Part shown: positions 1 through 11,600 of the stretch, piece after piece
Position numbering within the stretch: the stretch's first letter is position 1
Layout: every line of letters begins with the position of its first letter
Origin: Psammoneis japonica
Taxonomy: Eukaryota
Assembly: GCA_008632985.1 (NCBI GenBank)
Contig: QPGO01000037.1
Coordinates: 62,001-126,000, forward strand
Length of the DNA: 64,000 bases
Direction of reading: 5' to 3'
Translations under genes and position numbers: made by a program
The notes under the pieces: model-generated
What the model was told of the DNA's origin: nothing
The model's database searches: none
The model's input: only the letters and a program-made list of their open reading frames with translations

Positions 1-360
1 CTGGTCTGATTTTTGTTTTTGAAATTGTGCACAGGCAAAAACAATGCACGAACACATTTTCCTTTGAGTGGGTTAATTTGTTGGGCAGTTAAATTCTCTA
101 ATTCACATGAGTGTAAAACACACAACAGTTCATTGAGCCTGTTGTGCTTTCCAATTTCCAAAAGTTTTGAGAACAAAAACGCGTTTTTGCCGTCAGAGTC
201 AGTGACTGCGTCCGTCACACAGTCACAGAGGAGAGAAACAATGGACAAACGATGTCGCACAAAGACAGACGATGGCTGCGGAGTGTCCAATCTGAAATCT
301 TTGCTGTTCCATCAAGTTCCATGTTTTGGTCATCGCACATGACATCTGGATGTCGCACAA
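1..360. other. End of a TpA-depleted (hypermutated) tract continuing off the left edge
   Basis: TG/CA-rich; the few TA left are TTAA, TTAA, CTAA and GTAA; normal TA use resumes by ~390-480. Confidence 0.55.
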
Positions 361-472
361 CGGTCGGGATCAAAATCTGCTCAAAACTCTAAGTTTGCTC
401 AACCCAAACACGTCCTGCTGTCCCATCAGTTGTTCTTCGTCGTAAGTTTCTCCTGGCGAATCCCCTTGCACA

Positions 473-1636
473 ATGGGAAACTGTCTCCAAGTTGTGGAAA
501 CCAGAAGCATCGAAAGGGCGGCTAGAAAGGTGGAGGGCGCTTTCAACGAGCTCGTTGGAGCGGAGGGTGATAGTTTCAAAATCGCGGTTGCTCGTGAAAA
601 GTTGAGTTTTGCAAAGCGCGGTTATGAAATCCGCTTGGCAAAACTTGCGGAAAAAGACATTGACATTGCTCAACGGGAGATCGCTAGAGCTGGTAGTGAC
701 CGTAACAAAGTGGACGCTGCCATGGAAAAGCGGCGACGAGCAGAGAGCAGATACCAGCGCCATATGGCCAACATTGAAACTCTCGAAAGACCTGCCGTTG
801 ACAACGCTCAAGTGCACGAGCAAATCACACCGAGCCCTTCGATGAGCGCACTGCGCCATTCTACCGACGCATTGAGTCCTCAGCTTCGAAATCCTTGGGC
901 CATGGAAAATGGATCGTCTACGATCCAGTTTCGCTCAGACAAGAACAAAGATAGGGACCTGCGTGCTCAAGTAGCCAACCACTACCGGTGTAAGAAGAAG
1001 GATACGAAAAACGGAAAGACTGTTGTTTTGGCCAAGTGCTGCATCTCGCAAGTGGTGGGTGATCACAATCAAGCAACAGCGGTGCATCTCCTGCCCCGCC
1101 GAAGCGCCCCGAAGCTTTTGGAGAGTTTTGACATGGATGGTCATCCTGAAGGAATAGACAACTTTCGCAATATTGTCCTTCTGGCAAAGAACATTGAGGC
1201 TGCATTTGATCGACAACGAGTTTGCTTTGTAAAGAATTTTGAGACTGACAAAATTGTACTTGAGATCTTGGACCCCTCGGTTGAGTCAGAGCCGATTTTT
1301 GATGGTGCAACCTCAGCGATTGGAGAATGTAGGGGGAAGCCAATGCAGTTTGCACAGGGCACAGGGCCATACACGCGAGTTCTGTCGTGTCATGCTGCAA
1401 TGAGCCACGCGGTCGCTAAAGAGAACAAGTGGATTCCGTTTGACAAGGATGTTCCGAAAGAATATTTGTGCGGTTCTCCGCTTCGCGAAGATGTAGTCCT
1501 GTGTTTGAAATATGACTTTTCTATGAGCGGCAAGAGTTCAAACGTTTCTGATCTCTCCATTGCCGAAAATGCTGAAACGAAGCCGACAGTGGACAGCACA
1601 CAAAATAGTGCCACTCATTCTAGTGTGCCTGTATAA
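473..1636 (+). CDS. HNH endonuclease-like (HNH_2 / Crinkler C-terminal-type) protein with N-terminal coiled coil and possible N-myristoylation (MGNC)
   Basis: 387 aa ORF; CCIS...AVHLLP...IDNFRNIVLLAKNIEAAFDRQRVCF fits the HNH_2 pattern (C-x-I...AH-I/L-x-P...N-x-LLL...E-x-AFD). Confidence 0.7.
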   Translation: MGNCLQVVETRSIERAARKVEGAFNELVGAEGDSFKIAVAREKLSFAKRGYEIRLAKLAEKDIDIAQREIARAGSDRNKVDAAMEKRRRAESRYQRHMANIETLERPAVDNAQVHEQITPSPSMSALRHSTDALSPQLRNPWAMENGSSTIQFRSDKNKDRDLRAQVANHYRCKKKDTKNGKTVVLAKCCISQVVGDHNQATAVHLLPRRSAPKLLESFDMDGHPEGIDNFRNIVLLAKNIEAAFDRQRVCFVKNFETDKIVLEILDPSVESEPIFDGATSAIGECRGKPMQFAQGTGPYTRVLSCHAAMSHAVAKENKWIPFDKDVPKEYLCGSPLREDVVLCLKYDFSMSGKSSNVSDLSIAENAETKPTVDSTQNSATHSSVPV

Positions 1637-2374
1637 GAAGTTGGCCGGACCGAACAAGAACCTCATAGGGTGCGGGAATACATATTTTCACATTATTTTG
1701 ACGCACTGAAACCTATCCATGGTTGCGGACTGATGAGAAACTCAGGCGAGACTCAAGTCGGCGAAAAAGTTGTGACTGAAAATTAAAAATACAGTTTAGG
1801 GCCCTAGTGGTGTTCGCTAGAGAGAGTCTACTGATGATTGTAAAAATCTCAAGGGAGCTCTGTAAGTGTCTAAGCAACCCAAGATGCTATGAGAGGGTAA
1901 TTTTAAAAAAGATGAAATACACTCTACGACTAGGTTCCGAAGATACAGATCAACCGTTGTTCGAGAGGTAAAAGAGATGTCTTGTCTCTTGGTATCTGTG
2001 ACAAAAGGCGCCTCTTTGGAGTTTAAATGCCGGTAGAATCCCGGCCAAAAGTCCGTAAAGGGCACTCTACTAGTGTTAACTCCCATAGTCATCGTTGTGT
2101 TAATCATTGATCAATAAAGAACACTATGGACGTGTCAAACAGATGAGATTCCTATCTGCCACCGATTGGGCTAGATGAACCCAGAGTCGCAGCCACGCCT
2201 ATTCTGCAGCCGCAAGGCAAACGTCGACGATTGTCAGAATCAAGTTCGTCCCAGAAACATATCCTTTGGGTTGCGATGCTAACAACGCTCCTTGGGGTTT
2301 TCGTAAAAAAGAAACGAAGCATTGTCTTTGTTCTTTTCTATTCACATGGTGTAATCCAAACGCCGTCGCGCCAC

Positions 2375-3328
2375 TCATGTCTCTGTCCTGTTTTGTATCC
2401 AACATGCACCATAGTCGAGTCGATCCAACGTACCACCCATGACGATGCTTCCACTATTTAGCATTTCACTTGCACGCTCAAAGAGTGCTGGATCCAAGGG
2501 TTGTTCCACCGTCACGTGTAAGCCGGCCTTGGACAATTTTGGCACCAGGTGCGAGTGAAATCCATGACGATCCAATACTTGCAGAATCAACACTCGACAC
2601 GACGGAAATTGCTGCAGCAATGCAATAATGACGCTGGCACACGACAAGGCGGTGGATTCGGTATAAATGAGCTCGGATCCGACAATCAAGCGTAAATCGT
2701 GCTTATCTGGAGAACAGGCAAATGATGTTGTTGGAGATTTCTGTTGATTCTTCTCAAACTCGTTCCAATCGAGTTCCTCTACTACTATTTCTGGAATTTG
2801 ACCACTGCTGCACGCCTCTTGCATGGCGTCGTGATTGTCTGTAACGTTGCGCCGCAAATTCTCCAAAATACCATCCACCGTTAAATCCGTCAAAATGACT
2901 CTTGGAGGAGTCCGAGCAGCAACAAAAAATGCTTGTCCCACCTTCATGGCTAGAGCAAGTCCCGACAGACCGACGGCACCACTTCCCAATTCCAAAAATG
3001 TACATGTCTTGTCGTCGTTGTTGCAGGATGCAAAAAAGATTTTGTTTAATTGTTCTTCTCGAGAAGAAAGCAGGTACGCTGCCAAGAGCGCTGAAGCGTG
3101 CCAGGCTTGTGCACCCAGAGTCGAACATATGCCATTGGTTTCCGGTAAATTTGAAAGCTTCAATGTGACAAGGTTGCTGGTATTGGGTAGACGCAACTTG
3201 TAGCTGCGTCTTGTGGAAGCAATCATTGTAGATGTTTCGTCATCATCACTGTCGTCGTACGAACAACGACGGACTGGTGGTTTCTCCAATGCAACACACC
3301 AAAAGTCATCGTCGTCCAAACGAACCAT
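2375..3328 (-). CDS. SAM-dependent lysine methyltransferase, METTL21/Methyltransf_16 family
   Basis: LGAQAWHASALLAAYL, FLELGSGAVGLSGL (motif I), VILTD, ELDW, LIVGSELIY. Confidence 0.85.
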   Translation of the reverse strand: MVRLDDDDFWCVALEKPPVRRCSYDDSDDDETSTMIASTRRSYKLRLPNTSNLVTLKLSNLPETNGICSTLGAQAWHASALLAAYLLSSREEQLNKIFFASCNNDDKTCTFLELGSGAVGLSGLALAMKVGQAFFVAARTPPRVILTDLTVDGILENLRRNVTDNHDAMQEACSSGQIPEIVVEELDWNEFEKNQQKSPTTSFACSPDKHDLRLIVGSELIYTESTALSCASVIIALLQQFPSCRVLILQVLDRHGFHSHLVPKLSKAGLHVTVEQPLDPALFERASEMLNSGSIVMGGTLDRLDYGACWIQNRTET

Positions 3329-3714
3329 ATGGTCTGGATCGATGCGCTATAAACTCACAAATCACAGTTTCAAAAGTAGTCTGTCGGCGGCGCGCTGCTG
3401 CGGAGGCAATCATGGTCGGTCGGATGGATGGATGAACGACGACGACGCGACGGACGGCAAAACTTGATGCCGAGATTCTTATCCAAAGTATTCATACATA
3501 CAGTATTGCATTAGTTTGGATTCACAAAGATTCAATGTGGTTTCAGAAAGTCCATAAGTGATGTTGACGTATTCGGAATGACGTGTGATTTCCCGCCATA
3601 TTCAGAGATCTGCGCCGCACAAAAAAGAGACACACAGTGCTGGTACCCTTCTTGTATTGTTTGTCAGTGTTGTTGTTGCAATCAACGCCTAGAGTAGGGC
3701 GCCGCAAGATCACC

Positions 3715-5228
3715 ATGGCATCGGAAGAAACAAAGGAAGAAGAGCAGGAGGTGTCTCCAGAAGAAGTTGAATTGGAAGCCTCTGAAGAAATTGTCGCGGA
3801 AAACGATGAGACCAACAACAACAATAATGAGGATGATGAACCAGCCGAAGAAGAAGGCAATGATAATGATGATGATGAAGAATTCAATGACAATGACAAC
3901 AAGCGCGTCGACCCCAACGCCCCTTGGCCGGAACGCATGTGGGAAGTCTTTATGACGTTTTGGCCACTCGGTTTGACCGCGTTTGGTGGTCCCCAGGCAC
4001 ATGTTGCCATTTTGCGTGATCATCTCGTGGTACAACGTGGTTGGATGGACGAGGAACAATTTACCGAACTCTTTGCCATTGGTCAGGGTTTGCCGGGACC
4101 CACCTCGACGCAATTGGTTGTCAGTACAGCGTTGAGCCGTGCCGGACCGCTCGGAGGCTTGTTGGCCTTGTTTTTATGGAATTTGCCCGGATTGCTCGTA
4201 TTGACAGTGTGTGGTGTCTTGATTGAAACCTATGTCGATCCAAACAATCCCCCCTGGTATTTGGTGGGACTGCCACCGGCTGCCATTAGTTTGGTCTTTA
4301 AGGCCTTTTATGGCTTTACCGCTAAACTCGATACACTCGGCATTGTGCTGGCACTGTGCAGTTGTATCGTTACCATTCTCATCAATGGCGACGAACGCAT
4401 TGATCCCACCTCGTCGCAATACATTTTTCCCTCCATGCTGGCAGCGGGTGCGCTAATTACCTTTGTGGATTCCAAACGCGCCAAACCCTTTTCGAATTAT
4501 GGCAGTCCCAGTAAGGGATGGGATGCGGAGGGAGATGAAACCATGAAGCGTATTGGTATTCCCATGTGGGTGGGTGCTTTGTTGCTCTTTACATGGGCCG
4601 CTGTCTTGGTGAGTGTCATTTTGGTAAAAGACAAGGGCAACAATGACGGTGTCTATTTGGATATCTTTGAAACCATGTACAGGACGGGAAGCATCATCTT
4701 TGGTGGAGGACAAGTCGTCTTGCCCCTCTTGCAAGAAGAAGTGGTTCCCGATTGGATGACGCGTGATCAATTTCTGCAGGGCCTTGGTTTGGCACAATCC
4801 ATGCCCGGACCGCTCTTTAACTTTTCCGCCTATTTGGGTGCCGTCTACAAGGGTGTTGCCGGTGGCTTGTTGGCCTTTGTCGGGCTCTTTTCGCCCGGTG
4901 TGATTTTGATTTTTGCCATTGTCCCTTTTGGGCTCGTCTCCGCGGATACCGGTGGTTCAAGGCTGTACTCAAGGGGCTCAACTCGACGGCGATTGGACTG
5001 ATTGGAGCTGCCTGTGTTTTATTGTGGGAGGGGGCAATCGTTACCTATGCCGATGCCATGGTGTTTTGCTTGGCCGGGACGCTGGCAGTGGCATTCAATG
5101 TGCAAGCGCCGTTGTGTGTCTTTGCTGGCTTTTGTTTTGGTGCTGTTCTGCACAAGGATGCGTTGAGTTTAGGACAAGAAACCTTTTGTGAGAATCAAGG
5201 CTTTCTTTTGCCGCCTGACGGATTGTGA
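3715..5228 (+). CDS. Chromate ion transporter (CHR/ChrA family, two-domain); one apparent 1-nt deletion at ~4927
   Basis: LGLTAFGGPQAH, LFAIGQGLPGPTSTQ, IFGGGQVVLPLL, LGLAQSMPGPLFNF; one extra T in CTTTTGG restores PFWARLRGYRWFKAVLKGLN and joins the 5022-5228 frame. Confidence 0.9.
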
Positions 5229-5897
5229 TTTCGCTCTCGAGTGCATACGCGGGATGAGGCTAGAAGAAGAGTGTGCCACTTTAGATATGGTCTATTAAGG
5301 TTGCATTTTAATAATATAGTATTCAATCTCCACCAGCTAGTTCATTCCAAAAGCAACTCAAAACACGTTGGCATGAAAACACGTCAGAGTGTGAACTCTA
5401 GAGTGAGGCTCCAGAGAAGAAGAGTGTGACTGTGCGACGTGCCCGCATTACGTTACGTTGTGTTGTACTCGTTCAATCTTCATTCCCGACAATCATTCAA
5501 TACTTGATTGTTGACAATCACAAGTGCAGTCCTCAGTATGCAACGCGGCGATTCTAGTTCGCTGGAGGCCTCAGTAGAATACCACACAAGCCTGGTAAAA
5601 GGGCATAAACGCGACTTGGAAAGCTGAGAAAAAGTCAAACGATCTATACAGTCGTTCTGTACTCTACCCGCAATCCAAAAGTGATTCTACTCCGGTAAAG
5701 TATTGCAATATGATATTCTCTTTCTAGTTTAGGTTGTGCGTTTTTATTATATTCGGTCTCTACCATCAACAATTTCATGTTTGGCAATCGACACGAAAGT
5801 TGCTGCAGCTCGAAACACTCCAAAGCATTGAGCGCGCGTCCTTCACAACCACTGCGTTCCTACTACTACTATACTGTGCTTTCCCGATAGATACAAT

Positions 5898-7022
5898 TCA
5901 TCCCTTTTTCGCCCACCAGCCATTCGTATCCCATCCCTTCTTCTTGTGATAATCCGAAAGGTGCGAATAGGCCGCTTCCGCTTCCGCCACGGAATACTGT
6001 CCAACCTTTTGTTTGGAAAAGTCTTTTCACCCCCCGACTTGAGCTTCTTGGATGGCGGGGCAGCGCCGCCGTCCTTTTGCTTTTCTTGCATGGCCTTTTT
6101 GTTCTCGTCAATCGCCGCTTGGCGCTTTTCATCACTCATGGCCACCGCCGCTTCCAATCGGCCTTCACCCACCACCAACAGAGACCGAATCGACACGATT
6201 ACACTCTCAATGTCATTGACGGGATTCCACCCATCCTTGGTGAGCAACTCCATACAGAGCGCTCCATTCATGACAAATCCCGTTTGTCGCTTGAACCGCG
6301 GACTCACCACGCGCACAAAGGGCGGTTCAAAGGGATACTGATCCGGAAAGGACATTTCCAACTCAACGTGATCCAACCCGAGTGCTAGCAGATCCTGAGA
6401 GAGAGTCGAATCCTCGTCAAATTGAAACAGCTTGATCGTCCACTTGTCCATACAATCCTCATTCTTGGGCTCGAGCGAAAAGCCCGCATCCTTTGTGTCG
6501 GCCATCATGATTTTGTACAATCCGCTGCCAATCGTCGCTTCCCACCCGTTGTTTCCTTTTCGGCTCGAAGTGACATGTTGATGGCTTGCTTGGAGGGTTC
6601 CACCCACTTTTTTGTGGCGCTGCTGGTTCCTCGTCATCCTCCTCGTCTTGTTCGACAATCATGGCGGCGCCTGCGGGCTGCTGCGGTTCGTCCGTCGTTG
6701 TCGACGATTCTACCGGCATGATAAAACCACCATAGTGCGTATCATCCTCGTCTTCATACGAGTATTCCGATTCATCATCTTCATTGTCCACGCCGTCGTC
6801 ATCGTCATGATCATGATCATGTAGTGCTTGTTCTTCTGTATCGCTCTCATCGTGTTCCGAGACTAGAGAATCGACAAGAGACCCGGAAATAGCAGCAGCC
6901 GCTGTGTCCGTTGTTCCGACAGAGGAGACGGTTCGAATCGCTTCTCGTGCTGGAACTTGTTGTATGGATGTTGGAATGTCCATGGTATCATCGTCATCGG
7001 ACGTGCTCTTGACTACATTCAT
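5898..7022 (-). CDS. Ubiquitin-conjugating enzyme E2, UBE2Q-like, with acidic N-terminus; three apparent 1-nt frameshifts (~6610, ~6519, ~6010-6035)
   Basis: FPDQYPFEPPFVRVVSPR...GFVMNGALCMELLTKDGW; restoring frames gives KRRLAADLYKIM and C-terminal YSVAEAEAAYSHLSDYHKKKGW, stop TGA at 5898-5900. Confidence 0.85.
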
Positions 7023-7629
7023 GGTTTTGGAAACGCAATGGCTGTATCAACAACAACAGAAATGCAACGGTGTTTTTTGACGGGAAAACTGGCAGTGCAA
7101 AAGTGCGTCGAGTTCTTGGTACTTATTGAAAACTGCAGAATTGAAATTTTCGTAATGGTGCGTCAGGATTTCGTCGTCCGTACAAATTCTACGTGAAAGT
7201 GGCAGTTGACACGCGTGCGATAAACACAAACGGACTGTATATTTTTATTAAAACATGAGTAATTTTAGGATTTGTTCAAACCGTTTCCGCCATTTTCATT
7301 TGTCTTTTCTACGAAAATCTACGCGAAAACTACGATTAGTATGACCAAACGGCCGGTCATTCTTATGTAACGCTCCGTCTGCCTGGCTGACGCTCGCTCC
7401 CTCGCCTCGCCGCGCCTGCCTCGCTCGCTCCCGTCTGGCTCCTTCCGTCCGTTTGCCTCCCGTGTCGGCGGCAACTTTTGGCTTTTTGTTTTGGCGCCAT
7501 CGCTCCTCGTGGAAGCAAATCCTCACACATCATCAAGCTTCAACACAACAAGCCAACAACTCAACAACAAGTGTAGTGTTGTGATTGCTTCCGATACACT
7601 TTTACATTTTTGCTGATTAAAACTACACC

Positions 7630-8112
7630 ATGAAGACCACATTGCTTGCCTTGTTGTTTGTTTGCGGCGCATCCGCCTTTGCTCCTCCAAACACAAAACC
7701 ATCATCCACTCTTTCTCTCCACATGTTTGGCGGTTCCGGATCGGGCGTGGTCGAAGAGGAAGACCCGGAAAAGATGAAACAAATCGAGGCGGCAGCCAAA
7801 CAAATGGGCATGTCGGTCGATGAGTATCAGCTCGGTATGCAAGCACGACAACGCATGGCGGATACCATTAGTGCCTTTCGTGCCACGTCGGAAAACGACA
7901 ATGTGACGGTGGAACGCGATGCCAATGCGCCGCCGCAATACCTAAACATCAAGATTTCAGACGAAGCCAAGGCCAAGGGGAAGGACCATGTGAGTAAGGC
8001 TATTTTGGCGGGTCTTAAGGATACAAATGAACAGAGTAAAAAGGGAAGAGAAGAGGCGCAAAAGGAAATGATGGTGTTTATTTCGGAAGAGATGAAGAGG
8101 ATTGGTGGATAG
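7630..8112 (+). CDS. Nuclear-encoded plastid protein, YbaB/EbfC-like
   Basis: Signal peptide ending GASA|FAPP (ASAFAP motif) plus transit peptide; C-terminal VTVERD...IKISDEAKAKGKDHVSKAILAGLKD resembles YbaB/EbfC. Confidence 0.65.
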   Translation: MKTTLLALLFVCGASAFAPPNTKPSSTLSLHMFGGSGSGVVEEEDPEKMKQIEAAAKQMGMSVDEYQLGMQARQRMADTISAFRATSENDNVTVERDANAPPQYLNIKISDEAKAKGKDHVSKAILAGLKDTNEQSKKGREEAQKEMMVFISEEMKRIGG

Positions 8113-8678
8113 AAGAAAAAGGCGAGAATCAAGAAAAAATCTTTTGTCATTTTAGTTAAAAGTAATTGACTGAATTTTCAAATAGAAGAGTAGATTTAGC
8201 TAGTATCATAGCTGGAGAACACGCTTTTCTATCTTCAAATGTGTTCAAGTATCGGATCTGAGTCTCTAGAAGCTGATCCTCCGTAGCATATAGTTTTCAC
8301 AACGTGTGTTCTTTCCGTTAATGAAGAGCCACAAGGAGAACTCTGCAATGGCTTGGAGAGATCCGTAGTATACTTGCGACGTTTTCGAAACCAGGCAAGT
8401 ACTTCTCCATCTCTTTGTCGCAACTCTCTCTGTCGGGCTTGATTGTCCTAACTGATACCATATCCACTAGCTTGCCCCTATGAAACGAGGCACCGAACAA
8501 TAAACAGAAGTATAGAGTCGTCGCGTCATGTTGTGTGCCCGAGGCAAAACCGGCAGACCGGGCTCTGTCGCAGCAGTTTCAAGTATCTCAGAAACCACGT
8601 CCTGATGTAGTGTAGCAAGTTTCTTTTTTTTTTGCAGGCCACAACTCAATCTTTCGTATAATTATAACAGATGCTTCA

Positions 8679-8909
8679 TTATTTCTCAAGCGCTTTCTCT
8701 TCGGCTTCCCCCCCATTCTTGCCCTTTTTCGTAAAGCAAGCTTGTGCCAAGCGTCGCTGGGCGGCCCATGCGGCCTCCAATTGTCGCCAGGTTTCTTGTC
8801 TCAAAAGTTCTTCCAATGCCTCATCCTCTCGTAAGGGTACTTCAAGCTCTGTCTCGAGGGGTGGAGTGACACTGTGGTGGTGGTGGTTGTTGTTGCGTTC
8901 TTGCGCCAT
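8679..8909 (-). CDS. Hypothetical small helical protein (76 aa)
   Basis: ATG in a diatom-like ACAACC context, plausible composition; no recognised family. Confidence 0.4.
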   Translation of the reverse strand: MAQERNNNHHHHSVTPPLETELEVPLREDEALEELLRQETWRQLEAAWAAQRRLAQACFTKKGKNGGEAEEKALEK

Positions 8910-9125
8910 GGTGGTTGTGGTTGTTGAAAGTGATGTTCTGACGTTGCGTGTTGAGTGTTGCGTTGTGTGTTGTGTGCTTCAATACATCATACCGGTAGCA
9001 ATCTTTCGTGCCGTAGAGTCATTGTTTCATAAATACGTAGAAATTATGTAGAACAGTACCAGCGAAAATATGAGATTGTCTGTCCGTCTACCCTTAGTGA
9101 ATTTTAATTCTGCGAAAAATGGACT

Positions 9126-9201
9126 TTACTGCAAACTGATCAGGCGTATTTTACAGTAGAACAACATATTAGCAGAAATACGCCTGATCAGTTTGCAGTA
9201 A
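9126..9201. repeat. Perfect 26 bp inverted repeat with 24 nt spacer
   Basis: TTACTGCAAACTGATCAGGCGTATTT (9126-9151) and AAATACGCCTGATCAGTTTGCAGTAA (9176-9201). Confidence 0.95.
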
Positions 9202-9939
9202 TTTCCTTTTTTGCAAAAGTTTTGAGACGATAACAGTTTTGGTACAAAAACGTGTAGATCCTACGGACGTCCATAAGTAATTTATGCGTTTTACGTCACG
9301 GGTCATTTTCGAAAGATTCCTATTGCCTGTTTCAGACTCTATTCTCTATTGGTATGGTTTTGCAGTGAAGAGTGCTGAAGACGGGAGTGAAATGCAGGTT
9401 CAGTCACGAGTTACTTAGCACCCAACACCACGATCAGAGGTGCATAAATCGTCTGTTGTCGCCCGCGTGCAACGCACGAACGACAAAACGATGAGGTGGC
9501 TCACGCGCGTACCGGTAGATCGTCCACTGAAGATTTGTCACGTTGTGCTGTACCTGAGAGAAATTTTGTGGGGCGAAAAACGATTCGCTCGCCAAAAACA
9601 CACACAACAACACGATACATCAACAGCACTTCAGACAGCTCTCTTTGGAAAGCAGAGCAGTAACACCTCGACCCAATGCTTCCTTTTTCATTTACATTGT
9701 CTTCTTCATTTATGATGGTAAGTAAAGTTCAGTAGCACTGTGGGTAATGGAGAAAATGTACAATTTAGACTTACAGCCTCAGTGTTTTTTTCTTTGCGTT
9801 TGCCGTCAGGTGTTTCGGCATTGGCGTCTCTCCGGATGCAATTTCCCCGGTAATTATGCGTTCTCAGCATCAGACATGTCCTACATGACAACATATCAAA
9901 AGGGTCCGGCAGTATCATAACTGTGAGTTGATCGCTCCG

Positions 9940-11090
9940 AATAGGTTTGGTTGCATGTCTAATTTTGGTGATACAAAACGGTACGCAATTTACACGAGCT
10001 TGTATTTTTCCTGTTTTTACAGTTTGTGGTTGGGATAGATATCAAAGCAGTACTCTCATCTAATCTATTATCTGTTTATTGTGCCATTACCACAGGAAGT
10101 ATCTGTTAGTTGATCGCATCTGAATTGGGTTGGCTGCAAGTATTGTTTTGGCGAAGCAAGATAATGGCACGCAGTTTTTATGCGCTCGTATTAGCTGCTA
10201 CATGGTTCACGGCTTGGATTGCTACATATCGAACATATACTCTCACGGACTCTATTGTCTATATCTTGTGCCAATGTCACAGGAGATATAAATCAATTCG
10301 TATCCAATCTGAATTGATTTGCTTGCATCTATTTTTTGGAGAATCAAAACGGTACGCATTTCTTATGAACACGTATTCTCCGCATTGTGCAGTTTATGGT
10401 TTGGATAGCTACATATCGAATAAACACTCTCATGGACTCTTTTGTCTATTTCTTGTGCCAATGCCACAGGAATTGTCAATGGACTTAGTTGACGCTTCAC
10501 GGGCTGTCGTGCATGCATGCGTGATAGAGCACATCGGGGTCCACAGTTTTGTACAGTCATTACGGATGAGCTGGGTATGAACAGAAAGGCAAGATTCAAC
10601 TGTGAACCATTGTCTATTACTCTCCTTCATCTATTGTTTTGGTGGTTCAAAGCGGTGCGCATTCCTTATGAGCTAGTATGTTCCGCTTTGTAAGTTTGGT
10701 TTCTGTGACTGCATGTCAAAGCAATGCTCTCATGGACTGTGTTGTCTGTTTCTTGTACCATTACCACAGGAACTATCTGTTTCTCGTAACATCACCACAG
10801 GAACTGTCTGTCAGTTTATCAAATCCGAATTGATTTGGATGCATCTATTGTTCGGGAGATTTAAGACGGTACAACTTATCATACACCCACGTTCTCCGCT
10901 TTGTGCAGTTTATGGCTTGGACAGCAACATGTCGAAGAAATATTCTCACGAACTCCATTGTCTACTGCTTGTGCCTTGGCCATGGGAATGTCAACGGACC
11001 TTTTAGCTTGATGGGCTGTTGTGCGTGCATTCGTGGTGTTGCGTCGGTGTCCGCAGTTTTGTATCAACATTATGGATGAGCTAGGTATGG
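9940..11090. repeat. Degenerate tandem array, about five ~180-190 bp units, inside the TIR element
   Basis: Recurrent GAATTGATTTG..TGCATCTATT..AAACGGTACGCA..TGCAGTTTATGG..CTCTCATGGAC..TTCTTGTGCCA..CCACAGGAA near 9940, 10120, 10310, 10630, 10830. Confidence 0.85.
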
Positions 11091-11140
11091 CAATGTTTGG
11101 ATAGCCAGATCTTGAAGCAATGTTACCAATAAGGAATGCA

Positions 11141-11600
11141 GTCAAATCTATGAACTGTCCCTTCCATTGTCTGATGTAGTACAAGGATCAGCTTAAATCC
11201 TATCTAGATCCCCCTTTCGATGGGCGGAACTCGGAACAGTCTACTGGTAGGTTCAGTTCTCATGTTGTGCTTTCGTGTTGAATGTTCTACTTCTCTGGAA
11301 ATAACGCTTACCTCTCAAACTCTTGCTGTTCTGTGTGCAAGAAGCGAGAGGTCGGGTACCTTGCATGTGCTGATGCGCGTCCGTGGTTTTACACAAGACG
11401 AGCTAGAGTACAAGACAAGATTGTTCAAGAACTAGACTTGACCGTAACGATTCTTTCTTGCTTTGGTTTTGACCAGTATGACATTGTGCTTTCAATGCGA
11501 CCAGAACAGCAACGCATTCCAATCACGGCTGTCGTAGGTGTGAAAATAGTGGAGTCCGGCAAGCTCACGGTTCGTAACCGTAAAGAAGGCGACCTTGCTT
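11141..11600 (+). pseudogene. thrS: Threonyl-tRNA synthetase fragments (internally deleted, stop and frameshifts)
   Basis: KSMNCPFHCLM*YK, FRWAELGTVY, SGTLHVLMRVRGFTQDE, ILSCFGFDQYDIVLSMRPE, QQRIPITAVVGVKIVESGKLTVRNRKEG match ThrRS catalytic and anticodon-binding motifs in order. Confidence 0.85.

Noticed and set aside
389..1614. Antisense and alternate-frame ORFs overlapping host genes (here and throughout)
   Set aside because: Shadows of the real CDS with no independent motifs.
1817..2107. 96 aa minus-strand ORF, and similar fragments at 8235-8649
   Set aside because: Non-ATG or weak starts and no recognisable homology.
4920..6615. Frameshifts in the chromate transporter and UBE2Q-like genes as pseudogenisation or programmed frameshifting
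   Set aside because: All look like single-base losses in or next to homopolymers within otherwise intact genes, typical of long-read consensus error. Some frameshifts in the TEs may be errors too.
9940..11090. CRISPR-like array
   Set aside because: Units are long and degenerate with no unique spacers, there are no cas genes, and the context is eukaryotic.
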